A DNA stretch of 64,000 nt from Parcubacteria group bacterium Gr01-1014_8 (GCA_007376385.1 VMGC01000003.1:64001-128000); one strand, 5' to 3'. Positions 29,104-39,321 are shown, counted from the first letter of the stretch. Notes: generated by a model not told the origin, from the letters alone. Program-made: numbers and translations.

Positions 29104-31929
29104 TTAGTAGGACGGCATCAAAGGATCTGCATACGGACTGCTCTGCGCTGCTTGATCACCTGCATATTTCTTTTTTATCTCGTCTTCAACTTCCTTGCGA
29201 TCCCTGCCGTACGTACGATACGAAAGTTCTTTCAGCGCGTCAACTGGAGTGTAATCTAAAGATGGCATCTTCACTGTCTTGATAGTAAATGGTCTCGCGG
29301 GCACCCCGTTCACAAGAAGTGCGACGCTTGCGTGGTAGTTCTGTTGATTCTCGAGGTCATGCCGCGTAAACACAGGATGGAATTGTTTTTCAAGGAATTC
29401 CGCGTCGGTCGTACCGATGCGAAAGACCATTTTTGTACCGACGTTACCGATAACAGCATCTCGTATTTTCTCTTCGAGCTGTGCAATGAATTGGTGCGCA
29501 ATTGTCAGCGAGAGTTTGTATTTACGAGCTTCGGAAAGGATGGTCCCTATGGACGGCGTCGCGAAGTTTTGGAATTCGTCGATATAAAGATAGAAAACCG
29601 GAAGGTCTGCAGATTTCGCATCAACGCGTGAAAATGCCGCTTGCAGGAACTTTGATACGAGAACAAGACCAAGAAGCGACGTATTCCTATCGCCAAGCCT
29701 GCCTTTCGAGAGGTTCGCGAGAAATATTTTCTTTCCATCAAGGATCTCCCGGAAATCGAACGCAGATTTTTCTTGCGCTACGATCGGACGCATGATGTCG
29801 TTGGCGAGGAAAACGTCGAATTTGCTGGTAATGTACGGTGCGACGTTCTCAAGCGATGGATCTCCTCCCGCTTTTTCCGCGATGCCTCTCCAGAATTGGA
29901 CGATAACGGGGTTGGGACACCGTGAAAGTTTCAAATTCCGGAATCCTGGATCTGCAAAGATGCGTGGGATCTCGAGGAATGTTGAGCCGGAATCCGGGTC
30001 TTCGACAACGAGCTGCACCGCATTTCGGTAGTACTGCTCGAACATTGGACCGAATGCTTCAGGCACATCGGCGTACAGCTTTCGGAAGATTCCGTACACC
30101 TCGTCCACGACAAATGTTTTCATTTCCGGCTTGTTGCGGTCATATTCAAGCATATTTAGTCCCATCGGCCGTGCCGTATGCGCAGGATCGAAATAGATGA
30201 CATCTTTCGCCCGCTCTGGCGGAACCGATGCAAGAATATCCTCAATATCGGTGCCATGCGGGTCTATGTAGGCAACGCCGTCGCCATTTTTCATGTCCTG
30301 CATGATCATATTCTTCAGAAGCGACGTTTTGCCCGTACCTGTTTGCCCTATGACGTAACAATGACGCAGCCGATCCGCAGTGCCGTATTTCACCTCCCTC
30401 TCTTCTGCGCCGTAATGGTTGATACCAACGACTATGCCATCTTCCGGCATCTCAACAGGGGAAGGCGCTTGTTTTGCGTATGATTTCTTCAACTCGCGCG
30501 ACGTCGTGACACGTTGTGCTGTGAAGTGGAACATTGATGTAATTTCCGATAACGAGAGAGGTATCGCGTACGAATCGTTATGAACACGATATGTAAAATC
30601 GCGCAGGAACCCGGACAAGTTCCAGCGCGATATGCGATTGAATATCAAGTGATTGCCCCGCGGGTCATCAAGTTGATTGAAAGGCGCTTCGAGATTCTTG
30701 AGAAGATCCGTCGCTCTCTCTTCCGTAGGGGCAGACGCAACAATACGAACGACTGTAGGAGCGATGCGGCTTTTTATCTTGCGCCCGAATTCTTCATTCG
30801 CAACTTGGTCTGGATTTCGTCTGAATGTGCGGTCTTTTTCTTCTTTTATGTAGTTCTCCGATTTAAAAGAAACCTCTGCTATTTCTTTAATGGTATCTAG
30901 AAAGTAACTCTCCGGGGTCTTCAGAGCTTTGTGCAAGATCTTCCCTCTCTCCAGCTTCCGGATTATCCGCTTATAGTGCTCGTTGTAGCGGTCGCCGTCA
31001 TTTCCAACGACTATTTGAACCGCAGCACCTTCACCGTGCTTCGCAATCTTCGCGAATGCCGCAAGCATGACGTTCATTGGGTCATGTTCGAACATTTCGG
31101 GCGTTTTAAGCGGATACGCCGGGTGCTGCATCTGCGTGGCATATGCCGCAGCATGATAGCCTTCATAATTAAAAATGTTGTAATCTCCGCGGCATTCGCT
31201 GATGAGCGCATTGGGAAAGACAGAAGAAAGAAGACGCTCGGCAAGGGCCTGCCGCGCACGCGGTACGGCAAGGTAGAGTGTCGCTTCTTCCGTACCCTCA
31301 CCGACGGCTATCTCAAGAGAAAATCCTTCATTTTTGCCAAGCAAGGGAAGAAGCCCCGCATACAACTGTTCCGACGATGAAAGCACTTGTTCCAATTTTT
31401 GCTGCTGCTCACTTTCCTTCGTGCCCTCGCTATGCGCCTGAGGATGTATCTCAAAGAGTACGAGGTGCAACGCTTTGATTATCTTCTCTGGCGGTTTTGC
31501 GCCCTTTTGCGGAAGTCCCTGCGCAATGTACCGTATCAGTGCGCGATGAAGGTCATCCTCCAGATGCACATTTTTCATTTTAGCGACGATGGTGAGTGCA
31601 TTTCTGACGCCGTGCTGCTCAACTATCTTCAGGAGTTCATCTATCTGGGTGTCGTGGGTTTCCGGTTCGAGTTGGAGTGCCTTTCGCATTGCTTCGTACT
31701 CGGGCATGACAACTGCCTCGTGTAGCACTGATGCGGCGGGAGTTGCCGCATACTCCGCGACTTCACGTTTTGCGATGCGTTCTTGTTCTGCAATGTTACC
31801 GGCTGTTTCGAGTTCTTGCTCTTTTTCTTTCACTTTACCCCGCAAATAAGCAAGCTCCTCTTCTGGAGTATGGAATTTTTTTGGAGCGGCCACACGCAAC
31901 CGCTCTCCTACCGCAGAGTGAGGAGACAT
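29104..31929 (-). CDS. large soluble P-loop ATPase related to type-IV coupling proteins (TraD/VirD4/DUF87-like)
   Basis: Walker A GQTGTGKT, Walker B LYIDEFQNF, and a T4CP-like C-terminal motif SLTIAHQFIAQLEE...GNVGTKMVFR. About 500-aa N-terminal region without TM helices. Confidence 0.5.
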   Translation of the reverse strand: MSPHSAVGERLRVAAPKKFHTPEEELAYLRGKVKEKEQELETAGNIAEQERIAKREVAEYAATPAASVLHEAVVMPEYEAMRKALQLEPETHDTQIDELLKIVEQHGVRNALTIVAKMKNVHLEDDLHRALIRYIAQGLPQKGAKPPEKIIKALHLVLFEIHPQAHSEGTKESEQQQKLEQVLSSSEQLYAGLLPLLGKNEGFSLEIAVGEGTEEATLYLAVPRARQALAERLLSSVFPNALISECRGDYNIFNYEGYHAAAYATQMQHPAYPLKTPEMFEHDPMNVMLAAFAKIAKHGEGAAVQIVVGNDGDRYNEHYKRIIRKLERGKILHKALKTPESYFLDTIKEIAEVSFKSENYIKEEKDRTFRRNPDQVANEEFGRKIKSRIAPTVVRIVASAPTEERATDLLKNLEAPFNQLDDPRGNHLIFNRISRWNLSGFLRDFTYRVHNDSYAIPLSLSEITSMFHFTAQRVTTSRELKKSYAKQAPSPVEMPEDGIVVGINHYGAEEREVKYGTADRLRHCYVIGQTGTGKTSLLKNMIMQDMKNGDGVAYIDPHGTDIEDILASVPPERAKDVIYFDPAHTARPMGLNMLEYDRNKPEMKTFVVDEVYGIFRKLYADVPEAFGPMFEQYYRNAVQLVVEDPDSGSTFLEIPRIFADPGFRNLKLSRCPNPVIVQFWRGIAEKAGGDPSLENVAPYITSKFDVFLANDIMRPIVAQEKSAFDFREILDGKKIFLANLSKGRLGDRNTSLLGLVLVSKFLQAAFSRVDAKSADLPVFYLYIDEFQNFATPSIGTILSEARKYKLSLTIAHQFIAQLEEKIRDAVIGNVGTKMVFRIGTTDAEFLEKQFHPVFTRHDLENQQNYHASVALLVNGVPARPFTIKTVKMPSLDYTPVDALKELSYRTYGRDRKEVEDEIKKKYAGDQAAQSSPYADPLMPSY

Positions 31930-32017
31930 AGGCTAATTATAGCCTAACGAAGCGAGTGAAGTGGGAACCTGTTCACACTTCCGAGCGAGTGACGGCTAGA
32001 CGAGCGAAGTGAGTATA

Positions 32018-33301
32018 TCATCCAGTTCTTAGTGCTTTCGCCCCTATGTCGCGCCGGAAATATTTCCCTTCGAATTGAATACGCTCGCACGCTTGATACG
32101 CCGCATTAAGTGCTTCCTTCAGAGTTCCGCCCACTGCCGAAACGCTTAAGACACGTCCTCCACTTGTGAGAGTCTGTCCATTCTCGTACCTGGTCCCCGC
32201 GTGAAATACGACCACTCCCTCAATTTTTTCTGCTTCTTCTATGCCGGCGATGGGAAGATCTCTCTTATACGCGTCCGGATACCCGCCCGAAGCCATGATG
32301 ACCGTAACGGCAAATCCAGGTTGCCACTCGATATTCTTTTTTGAAATTGTTCCGTCAACACTCGCTTCAAGCAGGTCTAGAAGATCCGTTTTGAGAAGAC
32401 GCATATACACTTCTGCTTCGGGACATCCGAACCTTGAATTGAATTCAATGACTTTCGGCCCCTGTTTCGTCATCATCAAGCCCGGATAGAGGAGCCCCTG
32501 GAACGGCGTGTCCCGTTTTGCCATGGTTGCAATGGCTGGAGCAACTATATGTTTCCTGATATCCAATAACTGTTCATCGGTAACCCACGGCACGGGTGCG
32601 ATGGCGCCCATTCCTCCAGTATTCTTGCCCGTATCGTTTTCTCCGATAGTTTTGTGGTCTTGCGACGTAGGAAACATAATAAAATCTTTTCCATCAGAAA
32701 GTGCGTGAATTGAAATTTCTGGTCCCTCAAGAAATTCTTCGATAACAACCTCGTTTCCGGAATCTTTGAAGATCTTTTTAACCATGACTTCGTTCAAGAA
32801 ATTCTCCGCTTCCGCAACCGTCCTGCACACCATAACTCCTTTTCCGAGTGCAAGACCGCTTGCTTTTACAACGATTGGCGCACCTTTTTCGTGCACGTAT
32901 CGGAGGGCGTCAACATGAGCCGTGAATACTCTGAATTCTGCTGTTGGAATATTCGCTTGACGCATTAATTCCTTCGCGAACGCTTTCGAACCTTCGAGCT
33001 TTGCAGCAACTTTTGAGGGACTCCAAATTCTAAGTCCGTGAGCCCTAAAAGCATCACCAATGCCCCCCACGATCGGGTCATCTGAGCCAGCAACGGTTAA
33101 GCCCACCTTCTTTTCTTCCGCAAACGCAACGAGTTTATCGAATTCCATCACGCCGATAGAAATCGGCTCGCCAACTGCATGTGTTCCTCCGTTTCCTGGT
33201 GCAATGTAAATCTTCCCAACGCGAGATAATTGTTTCAACTTCCATGCGATAGCGTGTTCCCTCGAATATGCCCCGACGACGAGAATATCGATGCTCATCA
33301 A
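32018..33301 (-). CDS. purD: phosphoribosylamine-glycine ligase
   Basis: Full-length ATP-grasp PurD similarity. Confidence 0.9.
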   Translation of the reverse strand: MMSIDILVVGAYSREHAIAWKLKQLSRVGKIYIAPGNGGTHAVGEPISIGVMEFDKLVAFAEEKKVGLTVAGSDDPIVGGIGDAFRAHGLRIWSPSKVAAKLEGSKAFAKELMRQANIPTAEFRVFTAHVDALRYVHEKGAPIVVKASGLALGKGVMVCRTVAEAENFLNEVMVKKIFKDSGNEVVIEEFLEGPEISIHALSDGKDFIMFPTSQDHKTIGENDTGKNTGGMGAIAPVPWVTDEQLLDIRKHIVAPAIATMAKRDTPFQGLLYPGLMMTKQGPKVIEFNSRFGCPEAEVYMRLLKTDLLDLLEASVDGTISKKNIEWQPGFAVTVIMASGGYPDAYKRDLPIAGIEEAEKIEGVVVFHAGTRYENGQTLTSGGRVLSVSAVGGTLKEALNAAYQACERIQFEGKYFRRDIGAKALRTG

Positions 33302-33332
33302 TCCAGTGTATTACACTTTCGTTTACCGAGCA

Positions 33333-33590
33333 CTAAGTTTGGTCTTGGCGACTTTCGGAAAGACGTTGCCTAAGCTTCGATTTAGCATATCCGCGATATT
33401 TTAACTGATGTTCGCGCCGACGTGCATCACCTTCAGCACGATAGGCTTCGTAATATATCAAGGTCCACTTATGTTTTCGCGTAAATTTTGACTTTCCCTT
33501 AATATGCTCAGAAAGTCGCCGCCTCAGATCGTTTGTCGAACCTACGTACAGCAAACCGTCCTGATTTTCCAGAACATATACGTAATGCAT
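33333..33590 (-). CDS. stand-alone GIY-YIG nuclease-domain protein
   Basis: HYVYVLENQDGLLYVGSTNDLRRRLSEH...REHQLK. Paralogous to the module inserted in the acyl-CoA synthetase. Confidence 0.75.
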   Translation of the reverse strand: MHYVYVLENQDGLLYVGSTNDLRRRLSEHIKGKSKFTRKHKWTLIYYEAYRAEGDARRREHQLKYRGYAKSKLRQRLSESRQDQT

Positions 33591-33605
33591 AAGAACAGAC
33601 CAAAC

Positions 33606-34382
33606 TTATAGCTCGGTTAAAATTTCTGCTCCGCTTTTTGTGACAAGCACTGTGTGTTCGGCATGCACTGTCCGGGAACCGTCTTTCGTGCGATAGGCGT
33701 GGCCGTCTTTGCCCGAATCGACACGCAAATCGCCAGAACCTCTTGCGAACATCGGCTCAATTGCGATGACATGACCCTCAACAAGTTTGTCTCCTTCCCC
33801 GGGAATTCCGTAGTTCGGCACATGCGGCTCTTCATGCACCGTCCGTCCTACTCCGTGCCCGCTTAGATTGCGCGGAAACCCAAGGTTGTATTTTTTCGCT
33901 ATGCGCTCCACAGCATGTCCGATGTCGCCGGTCGTGTTCCCCACTTTCGCTTGTGCTATTCCTGCGTCGAGCGCCTCATAGGCGGCATGAACTAATTTTT
34001 CATCCTCCGGGTCTCGCGCCTCTCCTGCAATACGTGTGATGGCATGGTCGGTAAAGAATCCTCCGTGGATGATGCCAAAATCCAACGACACAATGTCGCC
34101 ATCGTGAATGACATCATCGCTCTGTCCGGCTGGATTATGAACGATGGCACTGTTTATGGAAACACTGAGAGCTGACGGCATCGGATTTTTATCGCTCGCG
34201 TACTTATAGTTAAGGAACGCAGGCTCGTCGCCATCCTCTTCAACCATTCTGCGGGCCTCCATTTCGAGCTGCCGCGCTGTAATTCCTGGTCGTATCATGC
34301 CTGCAAGCGCTTGCAGATGGCGCGCAAGACGCCTGCCGCCCTCTCTCAGGACGGCAATTTCTTCAGGGGTTCTTGCTATCAT
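33606..34382 (-). CDS. map: methionine aminopeptidase type I
   Basis: Metal ligands D, D, H, E, E in the conserved pita-bread fold (HGVG, IAIEPM). Confidence 0.9.
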   Translation of the reverse strand: MIARTPEEIAVLREGGRRLARHLQALAGMIRPGITARQLEMEARRMVEEDGDEPAFLNYKYASDKNPMPSALSVSINSAIVHNPAGQSDDVIHDGDIVSLDFGIIHGGFFTDHAITRIAGEARDPEDEKLVHAAYEALDAGIAQAKVGNTTGDIGHAVERIAKKYNLGFPRNLSGHGVGRTVHEEPHVPNYGIPGEGDKLVEGHVIAIEPMFARGSGDLRVDSGKDGHAYRTKDGSRTVHAEHTVLVTKSGAEILTEL

Positions 34383-35002
34383 AACGTTAATCCTAAACGC
34401 GTGAGTATGTCCTTGTGAATTGTTTGAATATCAGGTTCACCGTTAACACGATGAATTTTCCAGCCAAGTTCTTCAAGACGCTTTATAGCAGGCACGACAT
34501 GCTGTTCATACCACGCAAACCTGCTCGTCATAGCCGCTTCGCTCGCGTCATCGACACGGCCTCGTGCCGAGAGTCGTGCACGCGCCGCGGCGGGAGAGAG
34601 TTCCAGCACAATGGCCTGCAGATTGTCTCCTTCATAAAATCGGACGATCTCATCTACCAATTCCGACTGTGCAGGCCTGCGGCATACTCCGTCGAGGATC
34701 AAATGTTCAGTCCCATGAAATATAGGATTTAAGTGTTCTGCGAGCATGAAAATCGGCATAAACGAGGGCAGAAGTCCGCCTGCTTCCACTATTTTTCGCG
34801 CCCTTTTTGCAAGTGGCGTGTCTGTCTTGAAGAATTCCCTGAGAAGTCCGCCCATTTCTGCTCGGTTCACTCCTCTCCCGGAATCTTTACCAGTCAGAAA
34901 TCGTTCCAATAGATCCGCTTGCGTTCCTTTGCCGGAACCGGAAATACCGAAAAAGACCACCGTGACTGGCTTTTCTATTGTTTCTTGTGATTGTGCATTC
35001 AT
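34379..35002 (-). CDS. adk: adenylate kinase (short form)
   Basis: P-loop GISGSGKGTQ, NMP-binding and LID regions. Confidence 0.75.
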   Translation of the reverse strand: MNAQSQETIEKPVTVVFFGISGSGKGTQADLLERFLTGKDSGRGVNRAEMGGLLREFFKTDTPLAKRARKIVEAGGLLPSFMPIFMLAEHLNPIFHGTEHLILDGVCRRPAQSELVDEIVRFYEGDNLQAIVLELSPAAARARLSARGRVDDASEAAMTSRFAWYEQHVVPAIKRLEELGWKIHRVNGEPDIQTIHKDILTRLGLTL

Positions 35003-35586
35003 ACGACGCCGAGATTGTACCCTTCTTTTTTAAGAATTGCCATTGTTTCATTCACCGAATCGAGCAATTTTCCGGTCGCATTTATCACACGATAGTCATA
35101 CAGCGGCGCATGATCCGTTATTTCCTCCCCTGCTATCCTCATTCTCTCTCCGAGTTCTTCAGGAGTCATTGAGGGATTGCGGCTGCGAATGCGTTCGAAC
35201 AATTCTTCGTGTGATAGCGGAAGAATAAATATTGTCGTTGCGTTGTATTTTTCTTTCAAGAATTTCGCACCAATGATATCGAGATGCGCGAGAACTATGT
35301 GCCCCTTTTGCAACCGAGCCTCGAGGTCTGGCTTGTATACGCCATAGTGAGTACCCAGTTTCTCGATGTATCTATGCTCAAGAATATTTCCTTTCGCAAG
35401 TTCAAGTTGGAATTTTCGCTCTGAAAAAAAGTAGTAATCAACGCCATCAACTTCACCTGGCCGCGGCAAACGCGTGGTCGCAGTTACTAGCAGCGTGCAA
35501 TTGGGACATTGCCGCATGATCTCCTGAATTATTGTGTTCTTTCCGCCACCGGAGGGCCCGGCTATGACGACGATCTGCTTTTCCAT
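34999..35586 (-). CDS. gmk: guanylate kinase
   Basis: GPSGGGKNT, TTR.PR.GE.DG.DYYF. Confidence 0.85.
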   Translation of the reverse strand: MEKQIVVIAGPSGGGKNTIIQEIMRQCPNCTLLVTATTRLPRPGEVDGVDYYFFSERKFQLELAKGNILEHRYIEKLGTHYGVYKPDLEARLQKGHIVLAHLDIIGAKFLKEKYNATTIFILPLSHEELFERIRSRNPSMTPEELGERMRIAGEEITDHAPLYDYRVINATGKLLDSVNETMAILKKEGYNLGVV

Positions 35587-35621
35587 GCGACATCATAGCA
35601 CATGGCATAGGGTAAACACGC

Positions 35622-36896
35622 TTAGTATTCTCGTATTGATGTCTGCGCGTCTATTTTTTTTACGAGATCGAGAACAACAGAAACAACGATGAGAAGCGCA
35701 GTTCCACCAATAGTGACCGCCGTAAGCCCCGTTGCTCCTTGAAGCGCGATGGGAAGAACAGCTATGGCGCCCAGGAACAGCGCGCCCACAAGCGTAATTC
35801 GCGTGATGATGTTGCCGAGATAGTCGGCCGTCATCAAGCCCGGCCGAACGCCGGGAATGAATGCCCCATTCTTTTGCAAGTTCTTTGCGATTTGATGCGG
35901 CTCAAACGTAATAGCAGTGTAGAAGTACGTAAAGAGAAAGACGAGAAGGAAGTACAAAATGCCATACACCCATTGATTATTAAGGAACGTGACTGTCGCG
36001 GTAGCGCCATTCGCCAGCCATGGTAATGGAGAACGAGTGAGGAATGTAGCGATCATTTGCGGAAAAAGGATCAATGAGAGGGCAAAAATTATCGGAATAA
36101 CGCCGGCTTGATTCACGCGAAGCGGGAGATACGTTGAGATGCCACCGAGAACTTTCGTCCCTCGTACCCGTCTGGCGTAGGTAACAGGAACTGGCCGCTC
36201 CGCTTCCGTAATGAACACAACGCCTGCCGTGATAGCGACCGCAGCCGCAGCGAATGCAATGTATGCAGGAAGTTGAGAGATGTCGAATGAAAATATAGCT
36301 TGCGCAAGTGCCGCTGGAATTCCTGAAACGATGCCGGCAAAGATGAGCAAAGAAACTCCGTTCCCGACACCATATTCGGTGATAAGTTCGCCAAGCCACA
36401 TTAAAAGCAGCGAACCTGCCGCAACAACGAACACATTCGTCACCGTTCCCAACATATCGAGCTTCGGCACTATGCCGTTTTGCTCAAGAAGCAGAAGAAA
36501 GGCAAACGCCTGAAAAAATGCCATCGGCACGCAGAGATACCGAGAATATTGCATGAATCGCTGACGCCCTGCATCGCCTTCCTCTTGATAGAGCGCTTTC
36601 AATTTTGGCGAGAGGATGGTCATCAGCTGCATGATGATGGACGCAGTAATATACGGACCTACCCCGAGCATCACGATTGAGAGGTTTGAAAATCCTCCTC
36701 CAGAAAAGATATTCAAGAGGCCGAAAAACTGGTTATTGCTTAAGAAGGCTTCGAGTGCGCTCACATTGATGCCGGGGGTCGGGATAGCAGCGAGAAGTCG
36801 GAATACCATAAGTGCACCAAGAACAAATAAAACTCTCTTCCGCAGCGTCTCGTCTTCTATGACGAGCCAAACTTTCCTCATGAATGTATCGAACAT
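35622..36896 (-). CDS. secY: preprotein translocase subunit SecY
   Basis: Ten TM segments. Follows rplO as in the spc operon. Confidence 0.9.
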   Translation of the reverse strand: MFDTFMRKVWLVIEDETLRKRVLFVLGALMVFRLLAAIPTPGINVSALEAFLSNNQFFGLLNIFSGGGFSNLSIVMLGVGPYITASIIMQLMTILSPKLKALYQEEGDAGRQRFMQYSRYLCVPMAFFQAFAFLLLLEQNGIVPKLDMLGTVTNVFVVAAGSLLLMWLGELITEYGVGNGVSLLIFAGIVSGIPAALAQAIFSFDISQLPAYIAFAAAAVAITAGVVFITEAERPVPVTYARRVRGTKVLGGISTYLPLRVNQAGVIPIIFALSLILFPQMIATFLTRSPLPWLANGATATVTFLNNQWVYGILYFLLVFLFTYFYTAITFEPHQIAKNLQKNGAFIPGVRPGLMTADYLGNIITRITLVGALFLGAIAVLPIALQGATGLTAVTIGGTALLIVVSVVLDLVKKIDAQTSIREY

Positions 36897-36903
36897 ACGT
36901 ATC

Positions 36904-37359
36904 TTAGGCGACTGTACCGCCGGCTTTTTCTATCGCAACCTTCGCGCTAGCGGTGACCGCGCAATCTTTGAAACTTAGTTTTTTTGAGAGCGTGCCGCCC
37001 CCAACGATCTTCACAAATGGAAATTTCACACTCCTTTCGCTCAAAAGGTCATGTGTTTTCAGCGTCTTTGGAGTTACCTCGGCGCCCGCATCAAAAGCGC
37101 GCTCAAGCTGTTCAAGGGATATTATCACCGCGCGTTGCCTATCGCTTACAACTGTGCGCCCGCGGTTCTTGCCGTACCCTCGGCGCTTAGGGAGTTTCTT
37201 TATGATATCGCGCCATTCTGGCCTCTTCTTGCGGCCTGAGCGTGCATTTTGGCCTTTGGTGCCGCGCCCAGATGTCTTGCCGCGGCCGCTTGATTGCCCG
37301 CGACCAACGCGCTGCTTTGGCCTATCTGATGTTCTTTTCAATGAATGAAGTCCGGTCAT
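36904..37359 (-). CDS. rplO: 50S ribosomal protein L15
   Basis: GRGxxSGxGKTxGRGxKGQ motif. Confidence 0.9.
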   Translation of the reverse strand: MTGLHSLKRTSDRPKQRVGRGQSSGRGKTSGRGTKGQNARSGRKKRPEWRDIIKKLPKRRGYGKNRGRTVVSDRQRAVIISLEQLERAFDAGAEVTPKTLKTHDLLSERSVKFPFVKIVGGGTLSKKLSFKDCAVTASAKVAIEKAGGTVA

Positions 37360-37360
37360 A

Positions 37361-38008
37361 TTATTTTTCTCCTACATCTTTTTGTACGCCGCTTTTTGCG
37401 ATTTTCTCGAGCGCTTTCATGGCCGCTCGCGCATTGTTTATTGGATTGTGGCTTCTGGAGAGAATTTTTGCCGTCACATCTGATACGCCGCCGAGATCAA
37501 GTACAGTTCTGACGGATGAACCAGCAACAAGTCCGCGACCGGGACTTGGCCGTATCTCAATGACGGACGCACAATACTTTGCTTCGATGTTGTGCGGAAT
37601 ACTGCGATTCTTGGTCAATCCCAAAGATATCATGCGTCTTTTCGCCGCACGCGTCGCTTTTTCTATCGCAAGCGCCGTGTCTGCTGCTTTTCCTAATCCT
37701 ACGCCGACACGTCCTTTTTTGTCCCCAATAACGATACAGACACTGAAATTGAACCGGCGTCCCCCAGCCATGACTCGTGCCACGCGCCGAATACCGATCA
37801 ACTTTTGTGCAAATTCGCTTCTGCGCTCACCACCTCGTTGACCTTTGTCACCTCCGCGGCGCCTATCACCTCCACGACGTCTGTCGCGTCCGCCACGATG
37901 ACCCCCATCTTTCTGTCCTACCGGCGCACCAACTACGGCCGCTGTGCTTTCGACTACAACTTCCGGAGCCGGTACTTCTTTTTCATCTGATTTATGTTCT
38001 GTATTCAT
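37361..38008 (-). CDS. rpsE: 30S ribosomal protein S5 with Arg/Gly-rich N-terminal extension
   Basis: S5 dsRBD and C-terminal domain. It abuts rplO with no L30 gene between them. Confidence 0.9.
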   Translation of the reverse strand: MNTEHKSDEKEVPAPEVVVESTAAVVGAPVGQKDGGHRGGRDRRRGGDRRRGGDKGQRGGERRSEFAQKLIGIRRVARVMAGGRRFNFSVCIVIGDKKGRVGVGLGKAADTALAIEKATRAAKRRMISLGLTKNRSIPHNIEAKYCASVIEIRPSPGRGLVAGSSVRTVLDLGGVSDVTAKILSRSHNPINNARAAMKALEKIAKSGVQKDVGEK

Positions 38009-38016
38009 ACAAGTAA

Positions 38017-38364
38017 TTAAAATTGCAGACCAGCGGAACGCGCAGCATCTGCGAACGCCTTGATAGTACCTACAAATTGGAAGCCGCCTCGATCGAACAC
38101 AACCGCCACAACGCCTTTTTTGGTTGCCTCTTTCGCCAATGTCACCGCAGCAGCTTCTGCTCTCTCCCGCGGCGTCTTGCCCTTCTCCGAGGCAGAACTT
38201 ACAGCAGCGAGTGTTACACCCTTCTCATCATCAATTATCTGCGCGATAACGCGCGTATTCGATTTGTATATCGACAGACGTGGTCGCGCACTTGAGCCCT
38301 GCACTTTAGCGCGCACTCTGCGATGTCGTCTTTCTCGTCGTTGTGGTTTTGTAAGTGTTTTCAT
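38017..38364 (-). CDS. rplR: 50S ribosomal protein L18
   Basis: Family similarity and operon position. Confidence 0.9.
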   Translation of the reverse strand: MKTLTKPQRRERRHRRVRAKVQGSSARPRLSIYKSNTRVIAQIIDDEKGVTLAAVSSASEKGKTPRERAEAAAVTLAKEATKKGVVAVVFDRGGFQFVGTIKAFADAARSAGLQF

Positions 38365-38369
38365 ACAGT

Positions 38370-38918
38370 TTACGCTGCCGTTGCGCCAGCAGCTTTCTTA
38401 CCCTGCTTAATGCGGACAACCTCGCCTTCATAACGGATACCCTTTCCTTTATACGGCTCCGGCTTCTTCAGCGCTCGAACCGATGCTGCGAATTGCCCTA
38501 CCTGCTCTTTATCTGCTCCCGAAACGGTGATGATGTTCTTCTCGATAGTGACCGCTATTCCCTCAGGGATGGAAACGATGACGGGATGCGAATAACCAAG
38601 TGCGAGCTTCAACGTCTTGCCTGCAAGTTCTGCTTTGAATCCGATTCCCTCGACTTGCAATTTTTTAGCAAACGGCGTGTTGACGCCAGCGATCATGTTG
38701 CGAATGTGTGCGGCATACGTACCCCAGAGAGCGCGAGCGAGACGCGTGTTCGCAGACGGCACGACAGATACCTCTCCGTTCGCGACGGTAACCGCAATAG
38801 TAGGATGGAGCGCACGCTTTAGCGTGCCCCCCTTCCCTTTTACAATAACCTCGGCATCCGCAACAGCAACATCAGTGCCTGAAGGAATTGCAATGGCTTT
38901 TTTTCCTGTGCGTGACAT
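38370..38918 (-). CDS. rplF: 50S ribosomal protein L6
   Basis: MSRTGKKAIAIP start. Two-domain L6. Confidence 0.9.
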   Translation of the reverse strand: MSRTGKKAIAIPSGTDVAVADAEVIVKGKGGTLKRALHPTIAVTVANGEVSVVPSANTRLARALWGTYAAHIRNMIAGVNTPFAKKLQVEGIGFKAELAGKTLKLALGYSHPVIVSIPEGIAVTIEKNIITVSGADKEQVGQFAASVRALKKPEPYKGKGIRYEGEVVRIKQGKKAAGATAA

Positions 38919-38925
38919 ATAGATA

Positions 38926-39321
38926 TTACCAAATTTCAAACAACGCTTCGCCGCCGATCTTTTCTTTTCTTGCCTCTTTGTCGGTCATGACGCCGCGCGG
39001 AGTCGAAAGTACTAATGAACCGTGGCCATAGCGGACCGAGACTATTTCACGTGCTCCGCGGTAAAGCCTGCGCCCCGGTTTGGACACGCGCTTCACTCCA
39101 TGAATGACGTGTTCCCCCGCAGCGTCATATTTCAAAAGAACATCAATGGTCTTTTTTATCTTCTTTCCCTTCTTCTCAACCGATGTCACATAGCCCGCAT
39201 CCTTCAACTTCTCTGCAATAGCCAATTTGAATGTTGAGAACGGAACAGATACAGACGCTTTTTTTACAGCACCCGCATTCTTAAGCCGCACTATGAGATC
39301 ACCGATGGGATCATTAACCAT
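38926..39321 (-). CDS. rpsH: 30S ribosomal protein S8
   Basis: DPIGDLIVRLKNA signature. Confidence 0.9.
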   Translation of the reverse strand: MVNDPIGDLIVRLKNAGAVKKASVSVPFSTFKLAIAEKLKDAGYVTSVEKKGKKIKKTIDVLLKYDAAGEHVIHGVKRVSKPGRRLYRGAREIVSVRYGHGSLVLSTPRGVMTDKEARKEKIGGEALFEIW

